A DNA stretch of 64,000 bases, from positions 4,128,001 through 4,192,000 of the forward strand of contig OZ243927.1 in assembly GCA_965213925.1 (NCBI GenBank), read 5' to 3'. Under the pieces are notes generated by a model. The model made no database searches. It was not told the origin of the DNA and saw only the letters and a list, made by a program, of their open reading frames with translations. Of this stretch, positions 21,052-30,661 are shown piece after piece. Origin of the DNA: Trueperaceae bacterium. Lineage in GTDB: Bacteria > Deinococcota > Deinococci > Deinococcales > Trueperaceae. A program made the position numbers and the translations under genes. How positions within the stretch are numbered: position 1 is the stretch's first letter; every line of letters starts with the position of its first letter.

Positions 21052-21110
21052 AGGGTGAAAGGACTGAGAGGAAAGTAAAGGCTTTAGACTCAGTCCTCAG
21101 TCCTTTTCTC
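21052..21110. repeat. Second-type inverted heptamer array (GGACTGA / TCAGTCC x2)
   Basis: AAAGGACTGAG...CTCAGTCC TCAGTCC TTT between divergent uvrB and osmC. Confidence 0.55.
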
Positions 21111-21268
21111 TACAAAAAGAAGCTTGGCCAACGTTCCCTTTTGGGTACAACGTTAAACTATCTGTCGAAACGGGTATTATCTGTCCACAGGCGCACGCAA
21201 CCAGTATTTCTTTATCTCAGACTGTCTGTACAGATGACACGATTTGTCAACATTCAAGGAGGTCAACT

Positions 21269-21697
21269 ATGCCAGTACGTTCAGCAGATGCACAGTGGAA
21301 AGGCTCTTTGCAAGGAGGCGAGGGCAGCATGAAGCTCGGCAGCGGCGCGTTCGAGGGGTCTTACTCCTTTCGCTCGCGCTTCGAAGCGGGCGACGGGACG
21401 AACCCCGAAGAGTTAGTTGGCGCGGCGCACGCGGGCTGCTTCTCGATGCAGCTCTCCGCGCTCCTAGCCGAAGCGGGTCACGAGCCGGACAGCGTCCATA
21501 CCGAAGCGCGGGTTCACTTAGAGAAGGACAACGGCGGTTTTAAGATCAGCAAGATCGAACTGCATACAGAGGGCAATGTACCGGGGATCGACGAGGACAC
21601 GTTTAAGCAGCACGCGGATCAGGCGAAGGAGATTTGCCCCGTGTCTAAAGCGCTTGCGGGTACGGAGATTACGCTCGAGGCGACCCTCAAGAGCTAG
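21269..21697 (+). CDS. osmC: OsmC-family peroxiredoxin
   Basis: [44 protein letters not shown]. Confidence 0.93.
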   Translation: MPVRSADAQWKGSLQGGEGSMKLGSGAFEGSYSFRSRFEAGDGTNPEELVGAAHAGCFSMQLSALLAEAGHEPDSVHTEARVHLEKDNGGFKISKIELHTEGNVPGIDEDTFKQHADQAKEICPVSKALAGTEITLEATLKS

Positions 21698-21722
21698 CCA
21701 CGCTAAAACTTAGATTAGACGG

Positions 21723-21749
21723 AGCCCTCACCGTAGGTGGGGGCTTTTC
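21723..21749 (+). terminator. Rho-independent terminator after osmC
   Basis: AGCCCTCACC-GTA-GGTGGGGGCT followed by TTTT. Confidence 0.75.
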
Positions 21750-21806
21750 TATGTGCTCGGCGCACTCTCCCTTGACTTTATCCGGCATAAAGGTATAAGC
21801 TAACAC

Positions 21807-21836
21807 CTATATACCATCTGTGTAGATGGTATATAG
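21807..21836. promoter_or_regulatory. Candidate operator of the CopG/RHH regulator
   Basis: Perfect 13-4-13 palindrome CTATATACCATCT-GTGT-AGATGGTATATAG between a TTGACT..TATAAG promoter-like pair and the RBS. Confidence 0.7.
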
Positions 21837-21853
21837 ATTCCAGAAAGGACACA

Positions 21854-22264
21854 ATGATGACCGACCTGCAACCCAGAGCGGGCACGACGGAGAAGATTAC
21901 GATTAACCTAGGCGTCGTAGATTTAGGGCAAATCGACCTCGTGGTGCAAGAGGGTTTCTACTCCAACCGCACCGACTTTATCCGCACGGCGGTTCGCAAC
22001 CAACTTCAGGAACACGCTGACGTGGTGAAGCAAACCGTGAGCCGCAAGACGCTGGACCTCGGGTTGCGTCACTATACCCGCGCTGATTTGGAAAGGGTTC
22101 GTAATGCGGGGGAGAGGCTCGAGATTCAAGTTTTAGGACTCGTAAGCATCGCGCCCGATGTGAACGTAGAATTAGCGCTAGAAACCATCCAGTCCATCAC
22201 GGTGCTCGGTGCGCTGCACGCGAGTTCGGCGGTTAAAAAAGCGCTAGCGGATAGGATTCGCTAA
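21854..22264 (+). CDS. CopG/ribbon-helix-helix transcriptional regulator
   Basis: EKITINLG.VDLGQIDL.VQEGFYSNRTDFIRTAVRNQL. Confidence 0.88.
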   Translation: MMTDLQPRAGTTEKITINLGVVDLGQIDLVVQEGFYSNRTDFIRTAVRNQLQEHADVVKQTVSRKTLDLGLRHYTRADLERVRNAGERLEIQVLGLVSIAPDVNVELALETIQSITVLGALHASSAVKKALADRIR

Positions 22265-22285
22265 GTGTCCATCAAGGGGGGAAAT

Positions 22286-23413
22286 ATGAATATGAACGAA
22301 AAGATGAAGGCGGCACTTAAAGAGGCTACTAAACTCACCCGTACAGGCGACGTGCAAGCCGCGACGGAGAAACTTCAGCGAACGCTGCAAGGCTCTTACG
22401 GGAAACCGGGCGGCGCGGACAAGGTGCGCGTCGTGGTGGAGAAGTTGGCGCACGCGCTACCTAAAGCGGCGCGTCAGAAGGTCTCGCAGGGCGCTCAGTC
22501 TTTCGGCGACTTCATGCCCGACCTGGGAGGGTTTCAGCCACAGACTAGGAACGTCTCGCCCGCCGCTCTAGGTCAGGGTCAATTTCTCACCGACACCTAT
22601 TCGAATAGCGCGGGCACGCGCCCCTATAAGCTTTACATCCCTAAGGGTGCGAAAGAGGGTCAACCCTTACCTCTCGTCGTCATGCTCCACGGCTGCACCC
22701 AAGACCCTGACGACTTCGCCGCAGGCACGCAGATGAACCTTCGCGCCGACGAGGAGCCGTGCTTGGTGCTCTACCCGGCGCAGACGAAGGGCGCGAACGC
22801 GAACGGGTGCTGGAACTGGTTCCAGGAGAGTGACCAACGCTGCGACGCGGGCGAGCCTTCGATCATCGCAGGCATGACGCGCGAGGTGATGCGCCGCTAT
22901 CCAGTCAACGCTAAGCGCGTTTACGTGGCGGGGCTCTCAGCGGGCGGCGCGATGGCGGCGATTTTGGGCGCGACCTATCCTGAGCTGTTCGCTGCTGTTT
23001 GTGTTCACTCTGGTCTGCCGCACGGCGCGGCTAAAGACCTCCCCTCGGCGCTCATGGCGATGCAGCGGGGGTGCGGCGCAGGCGTCGCGGCACCGAATTC
23101 GGTACCGACCATCGTCTTCCACGGCGACCGCGACAGCACGGTGAGCCCGCGCAACGGTGAAGAGGTCGTTTCGAGACTCTCCGCCAACAAACGCTATAAA
23201 AAAGAGGTCGAGAAGGGACAAGCCCAAGGTGGACGCCCCTATACCCGCACGCGCTATGTAGATAGCAGGGGAAAGACGAGGCTCGAGGACTGGCGCGTCC
23301 ACGGCGCGGGGCACGCTTGGGCGGGCGGCAGCTCGGCGGGAAGTTTTACCGACCCTAAAGGACCGGACGCGACGCAGGCGATGCTCGAGTTTTTTTACGG
23401 CTCGAGCCGCTGA
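22286..23413 (+). CDS. PHB depolymerase family esterase (LpqC-like)
   Basis: PLVVMLHGCTQ oxyanion region, CWNWF, GLSAGG lipase box, FHGD.D.TV, GHAW.GG. Confidence 0.9.
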   Translation: MNMNEKMKAALKEATKLTRTGDVQAATEKLQRTLQGSYGKPGGADKVRVVVEKLAHALPKAARQKVSQGAQSFGDFMPDLGGFQPQTRNVSPAALGQGQFLTDTYSNSAGTRPYKLYIPKGAKEGQPLPLVVMLHGCTQDPDDFAAGTQMNLRADEEPCLVLYPAQTKGANANGCWNWFQESDQRCDAGEPSIIAGMTREVMRRYPVNAKRVYVAGLSAGGAMAAILGATYPELFAAVCVHSGLPHGAAKDLPSALMAMQRGCGAGVAAPNSVPTIVFHGDRDSTVSPRNGEEVVSRLSANKRYKKEVEKGQAQGGRPYTRTRYVDSRGKTRLEDWRVHGAGHAWAGGSSAGSFTDPKGPDATQAMLEFFYGSSR

Positions 23414-23482
23414 ATAGTTGGGAGTACGAGTCAGAATACGGGGTGGAATACCGAGCGACGCGCCGGGCTAAAGGCTTTCAAG

Positions 23483-25339
23483 CTACGCTGGGGCCACCTC
23501 GTCCTCTTCCCGGAACTGCTTCTCGTAGAGGTCGCGGTAGAGCCCGCCTTGCGCCATCAGCGCCCCGTGCGTCCCACTCTGAATAATTTGACCTCTTTCT
23601 AACACGAGGATGCGGTCCGCATTTCGAATCGTGGATAAGCGGTGCGCGATGACGAACACCGTGCGCCCCTGCATGAGCGTGTCTAGCGCCGCCTGAACGA
23701 GCGCTTCGGATTCGGAGTCTAAAGAACTCGTCGCTTCATCTAAGATGAGGATTTTCGGGTTTTTAAGGAGAGCCCTCGCGATGGCGACGCGCTGGCGCTG
23801 TCCGCCCGAGAGCTTGACGCCGCGCTCACCGACGATGGTTTCGTAACCGTTCGGAAACTCCTCGATGAAGTCGTGCGCGTTGGCTGCCTTCGCCGCGTCC
23901 TTAACCTCGTCGTCCGACGCCTCCGGCTTGCCGTAGCGAATATTCTCCGCTACCGTTCCCGAAAAGAGCTGCGTCTCTTGCGGCACGATGCCGATATGTG
24001 CCCTCAGCGCGTGCGTGTCCAGGTGGCGCAAGTCCACGCCGTCTAAAGTCACGCGCCCTTGGCTGGGGTCGTAAAACCTCGGGATGAGCGTAATCAGCGT
24101 GCTCTTACCCGCGCCGCTCGGTCCGACCAAGGCGACGACTTCGCCGGGGTTGGCGCTGAGCGAGAGGTTTTTCAAGACGAGCGCGTCGCCTCTGTCGTTG
24201 ACGGACGTGTCCCCATTGTCCCCGTAGCGAAAGGAAACGTCTTCGAAGGCGAGCTGACCTCGCACGGTGTCTAAGGCTCGAGGGTTGTCCGAGTTGGGCA
24301 AATCGCTCTCTTCGTCCAAGAGGTCGAAAATCCGCTTTGACGCGCCTAAAGCCTCTTGAAACTGGCTGTAGAGCGCCGGAAAGGTCGCGATCGAGCCCGC
24401 GACGAAGAGCGTCAGGAGCAAAAAGGCGATGAGGTCGCCCGCCGCGAGTTGGTCGTTCAAAACTAGGCGTCCGCCGTACCAGAACACGACGGCGATGGCG
24501 CTAAAGGTCGCGAAGATGATGCTCGGGATGAACGCCGCCCGCACCCGTGCGCGGCGCAGCGCGACGTTATAAGAATCGCGGATAAGGCTGCCGTAACGCT
24601 CGCGCTCCAAGCCTTCCGCTGTGAACGACTTGACCACGCGGATGCCCGTGATGGCCTCCTCCGCCGAGGCGTTCGCGTTCGCTACGCGGTCTTGAAACTC
24701 GGTGCTGATGCGCCGCAGCTTGCGCCCGAAGTAAGCGCCCGCGAGGACGACGGCGGGCACGATGGAGAGCATCACAAGCGTGAGCTTCACGTCTAAGTAG
24801 AAGAGAATTGCAACGCCGCCGACGAGCGTGATGAGCTGGTTGACGAACTGCGCGAGCGCCTGCGAGACGACGCTCTGCACGGTGGCGATGTCCGAGGTGA
24901 GGCGCGAGGTGATCTCGCCCGTTTTGCGCTCCTCGAAAAACCTCACCGAGAGCCCGATGAGGTGGTTGTACAAGGTGCGGCGCAAGTCCGCGACGACGCC
25001 CTCGCCGACGAGCGCGAGAAAGTAAACGCGCAGATAGTTAAAGGCGGCTTGCACGACGAAGATACCGACCAGGATGAAGGTGATGGTGTTGAGACCTAGC
25101 CCAGCGGTCGGACCGTCCGAGTCCGAGAACGCCGTGTCGAACAGCTCGCGCGCCATGAGCGGAAAGGCGAAGCCCAAGACGCTCGCCACGATAACGGCGA
25201 GGATGCCGGTGATGAGGGGCGTGCGGTAGGGCTTCGTGTAGGTGAAAAGCCGCCGAAGTTGCGACAGGTCAGCGGAGCGCTCAGAGGATACGTCCTCTTG
25301 CCCCCTTTGTCGTGTGGACGGTTGAGTTGCCTGAGCCAT
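23483..25339 (-). CDS. ABC exporter, fused permease/ATPase (MsbA-like)
   Basis: 6-TM domain, GPSGAGKST, LSGGQRQR, ILDEATSSLD, IAHRLSTI. Confidence 0.95.
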   Translation of the reverse strand: MAQATQPSTRQRGQEDVSSERSADLSQLRRLFTYTKPYRTPLITGILAVIVASVLGFAFPLMARELFDTAFSDSDGPTAGLGLNTITFILVGIFVVQAAFNYLRVYFLALVGEGVVADLRRTLYNHLIGLSVRFFEERKTGEITSRLTSDIATVQSVVSQALAQFVNQLITLVGGVAILFYLDVKLTLVMLSIVPAVVLAGAYFGRKLRRISTEFQDRVANANASAEEAITGIRVVKSFTAEGLERERYGSLIRDSYNVALRRARVRAAFIPSIIFATFSAIAVVFWYGGRLVLNDQLAAGDLIAFLLLTLFVAGSIATFPALYSQFQEALGASKRIFDLLDEESDLPNSDNPRALDTVRGQLAFEDVSFRYGDNGDTSVNDRGDALVLKNLSLSANPGEVVALVGPSGAGKSTLITLIPRFYDPSQGRVTLDGVDLRHLDTHALRAHIGIVPQETQLFSGTVAENIRYGKPEASDDEVKDAAKAANAHDFIEEFPNGYETIVGERGVKLSGGQRQRVAIARALLKNPKILILDEATSSLDSESEALVQAALDTLMQGRTVFVIAHRLSTIRNADRILVLERGQIIQSGTHGALMAQGGLYRDLYEKQFREEDEVAPA

Positions 25340-25434
25340 AGCCTACAGTCTACGCCCTAGCTCGAGATTCAGGGGTAGTGAACAGCGTTTTGACAGAGGA
25401 TGGACAGGGCGCGAGCAGGCAAGAGGTTGCAGCG

Positions 25435-25653
25435 CTACACCTCCGGCTCTTCCCCGTGCGGCAGCGGCGTGGACTGGTCCGCTGTGCCCCACTGGTCCCT
25501 CGTTTTAACGTCTTGCTTGTAGCTATTCCAAGCTTTCTGTTTGTAGTCTTCTAGCTCCGCTTCACTCGCGTTGTCGGGCGCTTGAATGCCGGTGCGCGCC
25601 TGCATCTCTTCGGGTGAGAGCGCTAGAAATTCCTCATGAGTGAGCTGTTCCAC
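25435..25653 (-). CDS. Hypothetical small acidic protein
   Basis: 72-aa ORF overlapping the upstream ORF, GGAGAG RBS-like sequence, host-like codons. Confidence 0.6.
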   Translation of the reverse strand: MEQLTHEEFLALSPEEMQARTGIQAPDNASEAELEDYKQKAWNSYKQDVKTRDQWGTADQSTPLPHGEEPEV

Positions 25654-25975
25654 GGTCTTGACTCTCCTCTCCCGTGTAAGCGCATAGCTGGTCTAAAATG
25701 ACCTCGACCTCTTCGGCGTCAAAGATGAATTTAGGGCGCATGAGCGAGCCAGAATCGACGCCTTCTGTGACCTCTTCAGCCGAGAGGATTTTGTAGCTGT
25801 TGTCGTCCTCGCTATCAAAATGTACGGGCGTGACGAGCAGGCGGTCCGCGAACTCGGAGCCAGGCGGCTCATTGTAGACGATCGCGCCGTAGTCGTTCGC
25901 GCAGCGGTAGATGCGTTCGATACCGGACAAGTTGCCGGACATGATGTGGTTTTCCTTGACGAGTTGATGGGTCAT
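25634..25975 (-). CDS. Hypothetical protein
   Basis: 113-aa ORF with a TAAACT box 6 nt before ATG. No family recognised. Confidence 0.65.
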   Translation of the reverse strand: MTHQLVKENHIMSGNLSGIERIYRCANDYGAIVYNEPPGSEFADRLLVTPVHFDSEDDNSYKILSAEEVTEGVDSGSLMRPKFIFDAEEVEVILDQLCAYTGEESQDRGTAHS

Positions 25976-26023
25976 AGGCTCAGTTTAGGCGCGGAATGAG
26001 GCTCGAGACTGCGCTCTAAAGAC

Positions 26024-26103
26024 AGTTGAAAGTAGCGAGCAATGAGCTGAAAGTAAAGAACAAAGGTTTTCACCTCATTGCTCATTGCTCGGAACTCATT
26101 GCT
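26024..26103. repeat. Inverted heptamer repeat array, copy 2
   Basis: AGTTGAA AGTAGCG AGCAATG AGCTGAA ... CATTGCT CATTGCT CGGAACT CATTGCT. Confidence 0.85.
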
Positions 26104-26112
26104 CCGTGAGCT

Positions 26113-26925
26113 TTACCCTTTTGCGAAAAGCGCCGCCACCACGAACACCGCTGCTTGCGTCAAGATGATGGTGCTGCCGCTGGGTACATCCAGAAAGAAC
26201 GACAAGATGAGCCCAAACGCTGTACTCACTAAACCGATGAGGATACTCAGCAGCGTCATAGAGAAGAGTGAGCGCGAGAGGAGGCGGGCACTCGCAGCGG
26301 GAATAACAAGGTACGAGGCGATGAGAATCACACCGACGACTTTCACGCTCACGACGATAATGACGGCGGCGAGGGCGAATAAGAGGTACTCGAGCCCCCT
26401 CACCTTCACCCCGTCCGTCTGTGCCAACTCCGCGTCCAGGGTGGCGTAGGCAAGCTGTCCCCAAAGCGGCACGAAGAGCGACACGCTGAGGAGCGCTACC
26501 CCTGTGACCACCCAGAGGTCACCCTGAGTAATTCCTAGAATCGAGCCGAATAGGAGTTGCCAGGCGTCTACGGTGTAACCCTCTTGCAGACTGATAAAAA
26601 GGACACCCAAAGCCACCGACACAGCGAAGAAAATGCCGATAGCGGTATCCGACGAGAGTTGCGTGCGCTCGCGCACCCACGCGATGCCGAGTGACGCGCC
26701 TAGCGTGAAGGGTAGCGCCACCCAAAGCGGTTGGCTCACGCCGATGAGGAGCCCTAAGGCGACGCCGCCGAAGGAAGCGTGCGCGAGCCCGTCCCCTAAA
26801 AAGGACAAGCCGCGCTGCACGACGAAGACGCCTAAAAGGGCTGCGGAAACCGCGACCAAAAGCCCTGCTAGGAGTGCCCGCTGCATAAAGGGATACTGAA
26901 AGACCTCTATAAGCCCGTCCATCAA
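26113..26925 (-). CDS. znuB: Zn/Mn ABC transporter permease
   Basis: FMQRALLAG, GDGLAHASFGG, DTAIGI, LFGSIL, VVGVILI..L.IPAA.A. Confidence 0.9.
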   Translation of the reverse strand: MMDGLIEVFQYPFMQRALLAGLLVAVSAALLGVFVVQRGLSFLGDGLAHASFGGVALGLLIGVSQPLWVALPFTLGASLGIAWVRERTQLSSDTAIGIFFAVSVALGVLFISLQEGYTVDAWQLLFGSILGITQGDLWVVTGVALLSVSLFVPLWGQLAYATLDAELAQTDGVKVRGLEYLLFALAAVIIVVSVKVVGVILIASYLVIPAASARLLSRSLFSMTLLSILIGLVSTAFGLILSFFLDVPSGSTIILTQAAVFVVAALFAKG

Positions 26926-26955
26926 ACCACCGTCACGACTGAATCACGGCGCGGT

Positions 26956-27696
26956 TCATAAAGTAATAACCTCGTGCGCGTGCCCCAGATGACCATAAGC
27001 ATCCTTGAGACAGCGTTCGCAGAGCACCTCTTGGGGAGAGCCGAAACCGTGCAAACGGCGGTTCAAGACGACGACTTTCGAGGCGTGGTAGCGGGCGGCG
27101 GAGAGGTCGTGGGTGATCATAGCGATGGTTGCGCCCGTTTCGGTCTGATAGCGCTCCAAGAGGTCGTAGAGGTCGTGCTCGGCTAAAAAGTCCACGCCCG
27201 TCGCGGGCTCGTCCAGGAGGACGATGTCGGGTTTCCTTACTAACGCGCGCGCCAAAAATGCCCGCTGCAACTCGCCGCCGGAGAGCTTGGCTAAGGGACG
27301 CGAGAGGAGCGCCTCCGCGCCGACTTGGGCGAGGGCGGCTCGCGCTTTCTCCCGCTCCTCTCGCTTGATTCGCGCAGGCCAGCGCCGCCGCAGTCCTGAC
27401 ACGACGAGTTCCAAGGCCGTCGCCGGAAAGGAGCGGTCAAAGGTCTTGAGCTGCGGCACGTAGCCGATGCGCTCGGGGTGACGGCCCGCATCCGCGCCGA
27501 AGAGCGCCGCGTGACCTTTAGCTGGTTTAATAAGCCCGAGCGCAACCTTGATGAGCGTGGACTTACCCGCCCCGTTCGGTCCGACGACGGCGAGAAATTC
27601 GCCTTTGGAGAGGTCGAACGAGACATCTTGCAACGCTTCAACCTCACCGAAGCGCACACTGACGTGGTGGATGTGGAGGGCGGGAGGGTCGCTCAT
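26956..27696 (-). CDS. znuC: Zn/Mn ABC transporter ATPase
   Basis: GPNGAGKST, IGYVPQ, LSGGELQR, LDEP..GVD, THDL, His-rich tail HLGHAH. Confidence 0.9.
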   Translation of the reverse strand: MSDPPALHIHHVSVRFGEVEALQDVSFDLSKGEFLAVVGPNGAGKSTLIKVALGLIKPAKGHAALFGADAGRHPERIGYVPQLKTFDRSFPATALELVVSGLRRRWPARIKREEREKARAALAQVGAEALLSRPLAKLSGGELQRAFLARALVRKPDIVLLDEPATGVDFLAEHDLYDLLERYQTETGATIAMITHDLSAARYHASKVVVLNRRLHGFGSPQEVLCERCLKDAYGHLGHAHEVITL

Positions 27697-27720
27697 CGGT
27701 CTAACCATACCAAACGCCCT

Positions 27721-28683
27721 CTAGTCACCACCTAAAGCCTCTTGCACGACGCCCACGTTATAGCGCATCAGTTCGGCGTACGTTTCAGTCTCCGCTGCGC
27801 CGCCTAGCGGGTCGAGCAAGTAAAGAGGTAAGCCAGCACTCTCCGCCACCACCTCGGCCGGGCGGGCGGGCAGTTGTAACTCGCTAAAAATCGCTTTCGC
27901 GCCGCTGTCCTGGATCAGCTCTAACGCTTCAGCGATGTAGGCCGGGCTCGGCTCGCGCCCCGGCGCAGGCTCGATCTCGACTACGAGGTCCAACCCGTAG
28001 TGACGGGCAAAGTAGGGCCAGGCGTCGTGAAAGGGGACGAAGGCGGCTCCTTGAACGGGCGCTAGCCTCTCGCTAAGCTCCGCGTCCAGATCATTCAAAC
28101 TTGCCGTGACGCGTTCGCCGTTAGCTGCGTAGCGCTCGGCGTTCTCGGGGTCGATCTCGGCGAGGCGCTCAACGAACATAGGCACAACTTCCGCCATCAG
28201 CGTCGGATCGAGCCAGACGTGCGGGTTGGCGCCGCTGTGATCATGGGCGTGCTCTTCTTCCGCGTCTCCTTCTGCGCCCTCTTCCCCACCTTCTTCGGCG
28301 TGCTCTTCGCCGCTATGCTCGCTCTCACCTTCGGCGTGCTCCTCCCCCGCCACCGGCTCGAAGTCGAGTTCGGCGATGACCTCGAAGACAGGGGCGTCCG
28401 TACCGCTCGCCTCGACGATGTCGAGGAGCCATTCGTCCAATACGCCATTTAAGACAACCAGGTCGGCGTCCGAAATCTGCGCCACGTCGCGCGGCGTCGG
28501 GTCGAAGGTGTGGGGCGACGCGCCGGGCGGGAGGAGGCGCACGACGTTGGCGCTATCACCTGCGACCTCTTGCACGAGCGCGTAGTAGGGGTGAATAGAC
28601 GTGACGACGGTCGGTTTCTCCGAAGCTTGTGCCGAGGTGCTGACGAGCAGTCCGAGCAGCAAGCTGAGTAAGAAAGTTTTCAA
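27721..28683 (-). CDS. znuA: Zn ABC transporter substrate-binding protein
   Basis: Signal peptide, GASPHTFDPTP, His/Glu-rich loop, NPHVWLDP, HDAW.YF, EPSP, LDPLG. Confidence 0.92.
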   Translation of the reverse strand: MKTFLLSLLLGLLVSTSAQASEKPTVVTSIHPYYALVQEVAGDSANVVRLLPPGASPHTFDPTPRDVAQISDADLVVLNGVLDEWLLDIVEASGTDAPVFEVIAELDFEPVAGEEHAEGESEHSGEEHAEEGGEEGAEGDAEEEHAHDHSGANPHVWLDPTLMAEVVPMFVERLAEIDPENAERYAANGERVTASLNDLDAELSERLAPVQGAAFVPFHDAWPYFARHYGLDLVVEIEPAPGREPSPAYIAEALELIQDSGAKAIFSELQLPARPAEVVAESAGLPLYLLDPLGGAAETETYAELMRYNVGVVQEALGGD

Positions 28684-28793
28684 AGCGTTACCTCTTAACG
28701 AGAAAGAATTATCAACAAGCTACTTTAAGAGTTCGGATAGCCCTTTGTCAAGGCTCGCTGAGACTCGAGAAGATTTGACTTTGGCTTGAGGAA

Positions 28794-28808
28794 TAAGAAC
28801 CGTTCTCA
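28794..28808. promoter_or_regulatory. Candidate Zur/Fur box in the divergent znuA-zur promoter
   Basis: 7-1-7 inverted repeat TAAGAAC-C-GTTCTCA (1 mismatch). Confidence 0.6.
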
Positions 28809-28849
28809 AGAAGGGGTCTTAACAAGAGGTAATTTGCTAAACTGTACGG

Positions 28850-29245
28850 ATGAAACGCCAAACCTCACAGCGCCGCGCCATTTTGCAGGCGCTAGAAAAC
28901 GCGCCCGGACCGCTCACCCCGCAAGAGGTCTTGGAGAGCGCCAGCCAAGACAAAGAGGGGTTGGGGCTCGCTACCGTCTACCGCAACCTGAGCAGCTTAG
29001 CAGAAGAGGGGGACATAGTCGCGGTGCACCTGCCGGGTGAAAGCGCCCGCTTCGAACTCGCGGGCAGAGGTCATCATCACCACTTCCGCTGCGACTCCTG
29101 CGAAGGCGTCTTCGAACTCGACGCAACCTGTCCGGTGGCGGTCTTGGAGGGCGTCACACTGCCCGGCGGTTTTCAGGTCAAAGACCATGAGCTGACGCTT
29201 TACGGACTCTGTCCGGGGTGTCAGGGGGAAGCTGTTAGCGTTTAA
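28850..29245 (+). CDS. zur: Fur-family regulator, probably Zur
   Basis: R.T.QR.AIL, GLATVYRNL, HHHHFRCDSC, LYGLCPGC. Divergent from znuA. Confidence 0.8.
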   Translation: MKRQTSQRRAILQALENAPGPLTPQEVLESASQDKEGLGLATVYRNLSSLAEEGDIVAVHLPGESARFELAGRGHHHHFRCDSCEGVFELDATCPVAVLEGVTLPGGFQVKDHELTLYGLCPGCQGEAVSV

Positions 29246-29394
29246 GTGCTTCGGCTTCAATAATTTTAGGTCATCTCGAGAAAGTTTTTGCGCTCAGAAC
29301 GGACTTCGTTGACATTCTCTAGTTCAGGTTATTTCGACGCACCTGCTTGGCACTTACGATTAGCCAAAGCTAACAGTCCTCGAGGAGAAACCCG

Positions 29395-30516
29395 TTGCAC
29401 TACCAATCCTTAACGCGCTGTCTTCCCTTGCTATGCCTACTCACCCTGCTCGGTTCAACGTTGGCTCAACCAGGTACGCAGCAAACGACCTCTGAAGTGG
29501 GGTACCTCGAGGGGCGCATCCTCTCCGTAGACCCGGAGACGCGCTTTGCCCAGGTGCGCCTCTCTAGCGGTGAGGTCGTTCTGGCGGATATGGGACAGCC
29601 CCTCCCCGAAGAAATCAGCCTGCCCTCTGACTTGCCCGAGTTCGAGCCGGGCGAGCGCGTCGAAATCTACTACGCGCCAGGACCGGAGGGGACGCGCCAA
29701 TACGTCGTGTCGGATTGGATACGACGTCCTGCGCTGTTCTGGCTCGTCCTCCTCTTTCTGGGCGTCTCAGTCGCGGTCGCGCGGGGCAAGGGGCTCAGGG
29801 CGTTTCTCGCGACGGCCTCGAGCTTAGCCATCGTCATCGGCTTCGTCGTGCCGAGCATCTTGGGCGGCTGGAACCCCATTCTCGTGTCGCTTTTGGGCGT
29901 CGGCGGCATCCTCATCTTAGCGATTTACTTCGTGCACGGGCTCTCGTGGAGCACCACGGCGGCGCTCATCGGCACCTTCGCGGCGGTACTCGCGACGATG
30001 GGCTTAGGACTCTTTTTCACCGAGGCGGCGCACCTCACGGGCTTCGGCAGCGACGAGGCGGCGTTTATCTCGTACGGCGCGAGTCAAGTCAACCTCAAGG
30101 GGCTGCTCTTAGCGGGGCTCCTCATCGGCGCACTCGGGGCGCTGACCGATATCACCATCGTGCAGGCGAGTGTGATTCGCGAGCTGGCGCACGTCAACCC
30201 GAACTTCGGACTGGCGGAACTCTACCGGCGCGGCATGAACGTCGGGCTCGACCACATCGGCTCGCTCGTGAACACGCTTGTATTGGCGTATACGGGCGCA
30301 GCCTTGCCGCTTTTGGTCCTTCTGACGCTCAGCGACTTCACGCTCATGCGGGCGCTGAACTTAGAACTCGTCGCCTCCGAGGTGGTGCATACGCTCGTCG
30401 GCTCGGTGGGTCTGATTCTGGCAGTGCCCTTTACGACGCTCATTGCCGCCTTGATGTTTCGTGGGGACCGTTTAGTGCTCAAAGAGGGGGAGTTGGAGCA
30501 CGCGCACCATCACTAA
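29395..30516 (+). CDS. YibE/F family membrane protein
   Basis: GLLIGALGALTDIT, GM.VG.DHIGSLVNTLVLAY.GA.LP, LVGSVGLILAVP.TT. Ends HAHHH. Confidence 0.9.
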   Translation: MHYQSLTRCLPLLCLLTLLGSTLAQPGTQQTTSEVGYLEGRILSVDPETRFAQVRLSSGEVVLADMGQPLPEEISLPSDLPEFEPGERVEIYYAPGPEGTRQYVVSDWIRRPALFWLVLLFLGVSVAVARGKGLRAFLATASSLAIVIGFVVPSILGGWNPILVSLLGVGGILILAIYFVHGLSWSTTAALIGTFAAVLATMGLGLFFTEAAHLTGFGSDEAAFISYGASQVNLKGLLLAGLLIGALGALTDITIVQASVIRELAHVNPNFGLAELYRRGMNVGLDHIGSLVNTLVLAYTGAALPLLVLLTLSDFTLMRALNLELVASEVVHTLVGSVGLILAVPFTTLIAALMFRGDRLVLKEGELEHAHHH

Positions 30517-30559
30517 GAGCGTGCTCGTAAACTCTCATGTGCTTCGTGCTGACACGCAG

Positions 30560-30586
30560 TTGACAATGACTTCTTATTCTCATCAA
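30560..30586. promoter_or_regulatory. Candidate Zur/Fur site upstream of the zrg-like operon
   Basis: Minus strand TGAGAATAAGAAGTCATTGTCAA resembles TGAGGAATAAGAACCGTTCTCAA at 28787-28809 and overlaps a TTGACA -35 box. Confidence 0.5.
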
Positions 30587-30661
30587 GAAGCTCGAGAATT
30601 TTGCTAGATTAGCTTCTATAGGTAAAACACGGTATGTCGAACCACAAAGGAGAGGTCAGTA

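Noticed and set aside
30517..30534. Possible solo IS end GAGCGTGCTCGTAAACT after a TAA
   Set aside because: No partner inverted repeat or second copy found, and it is too short to support.
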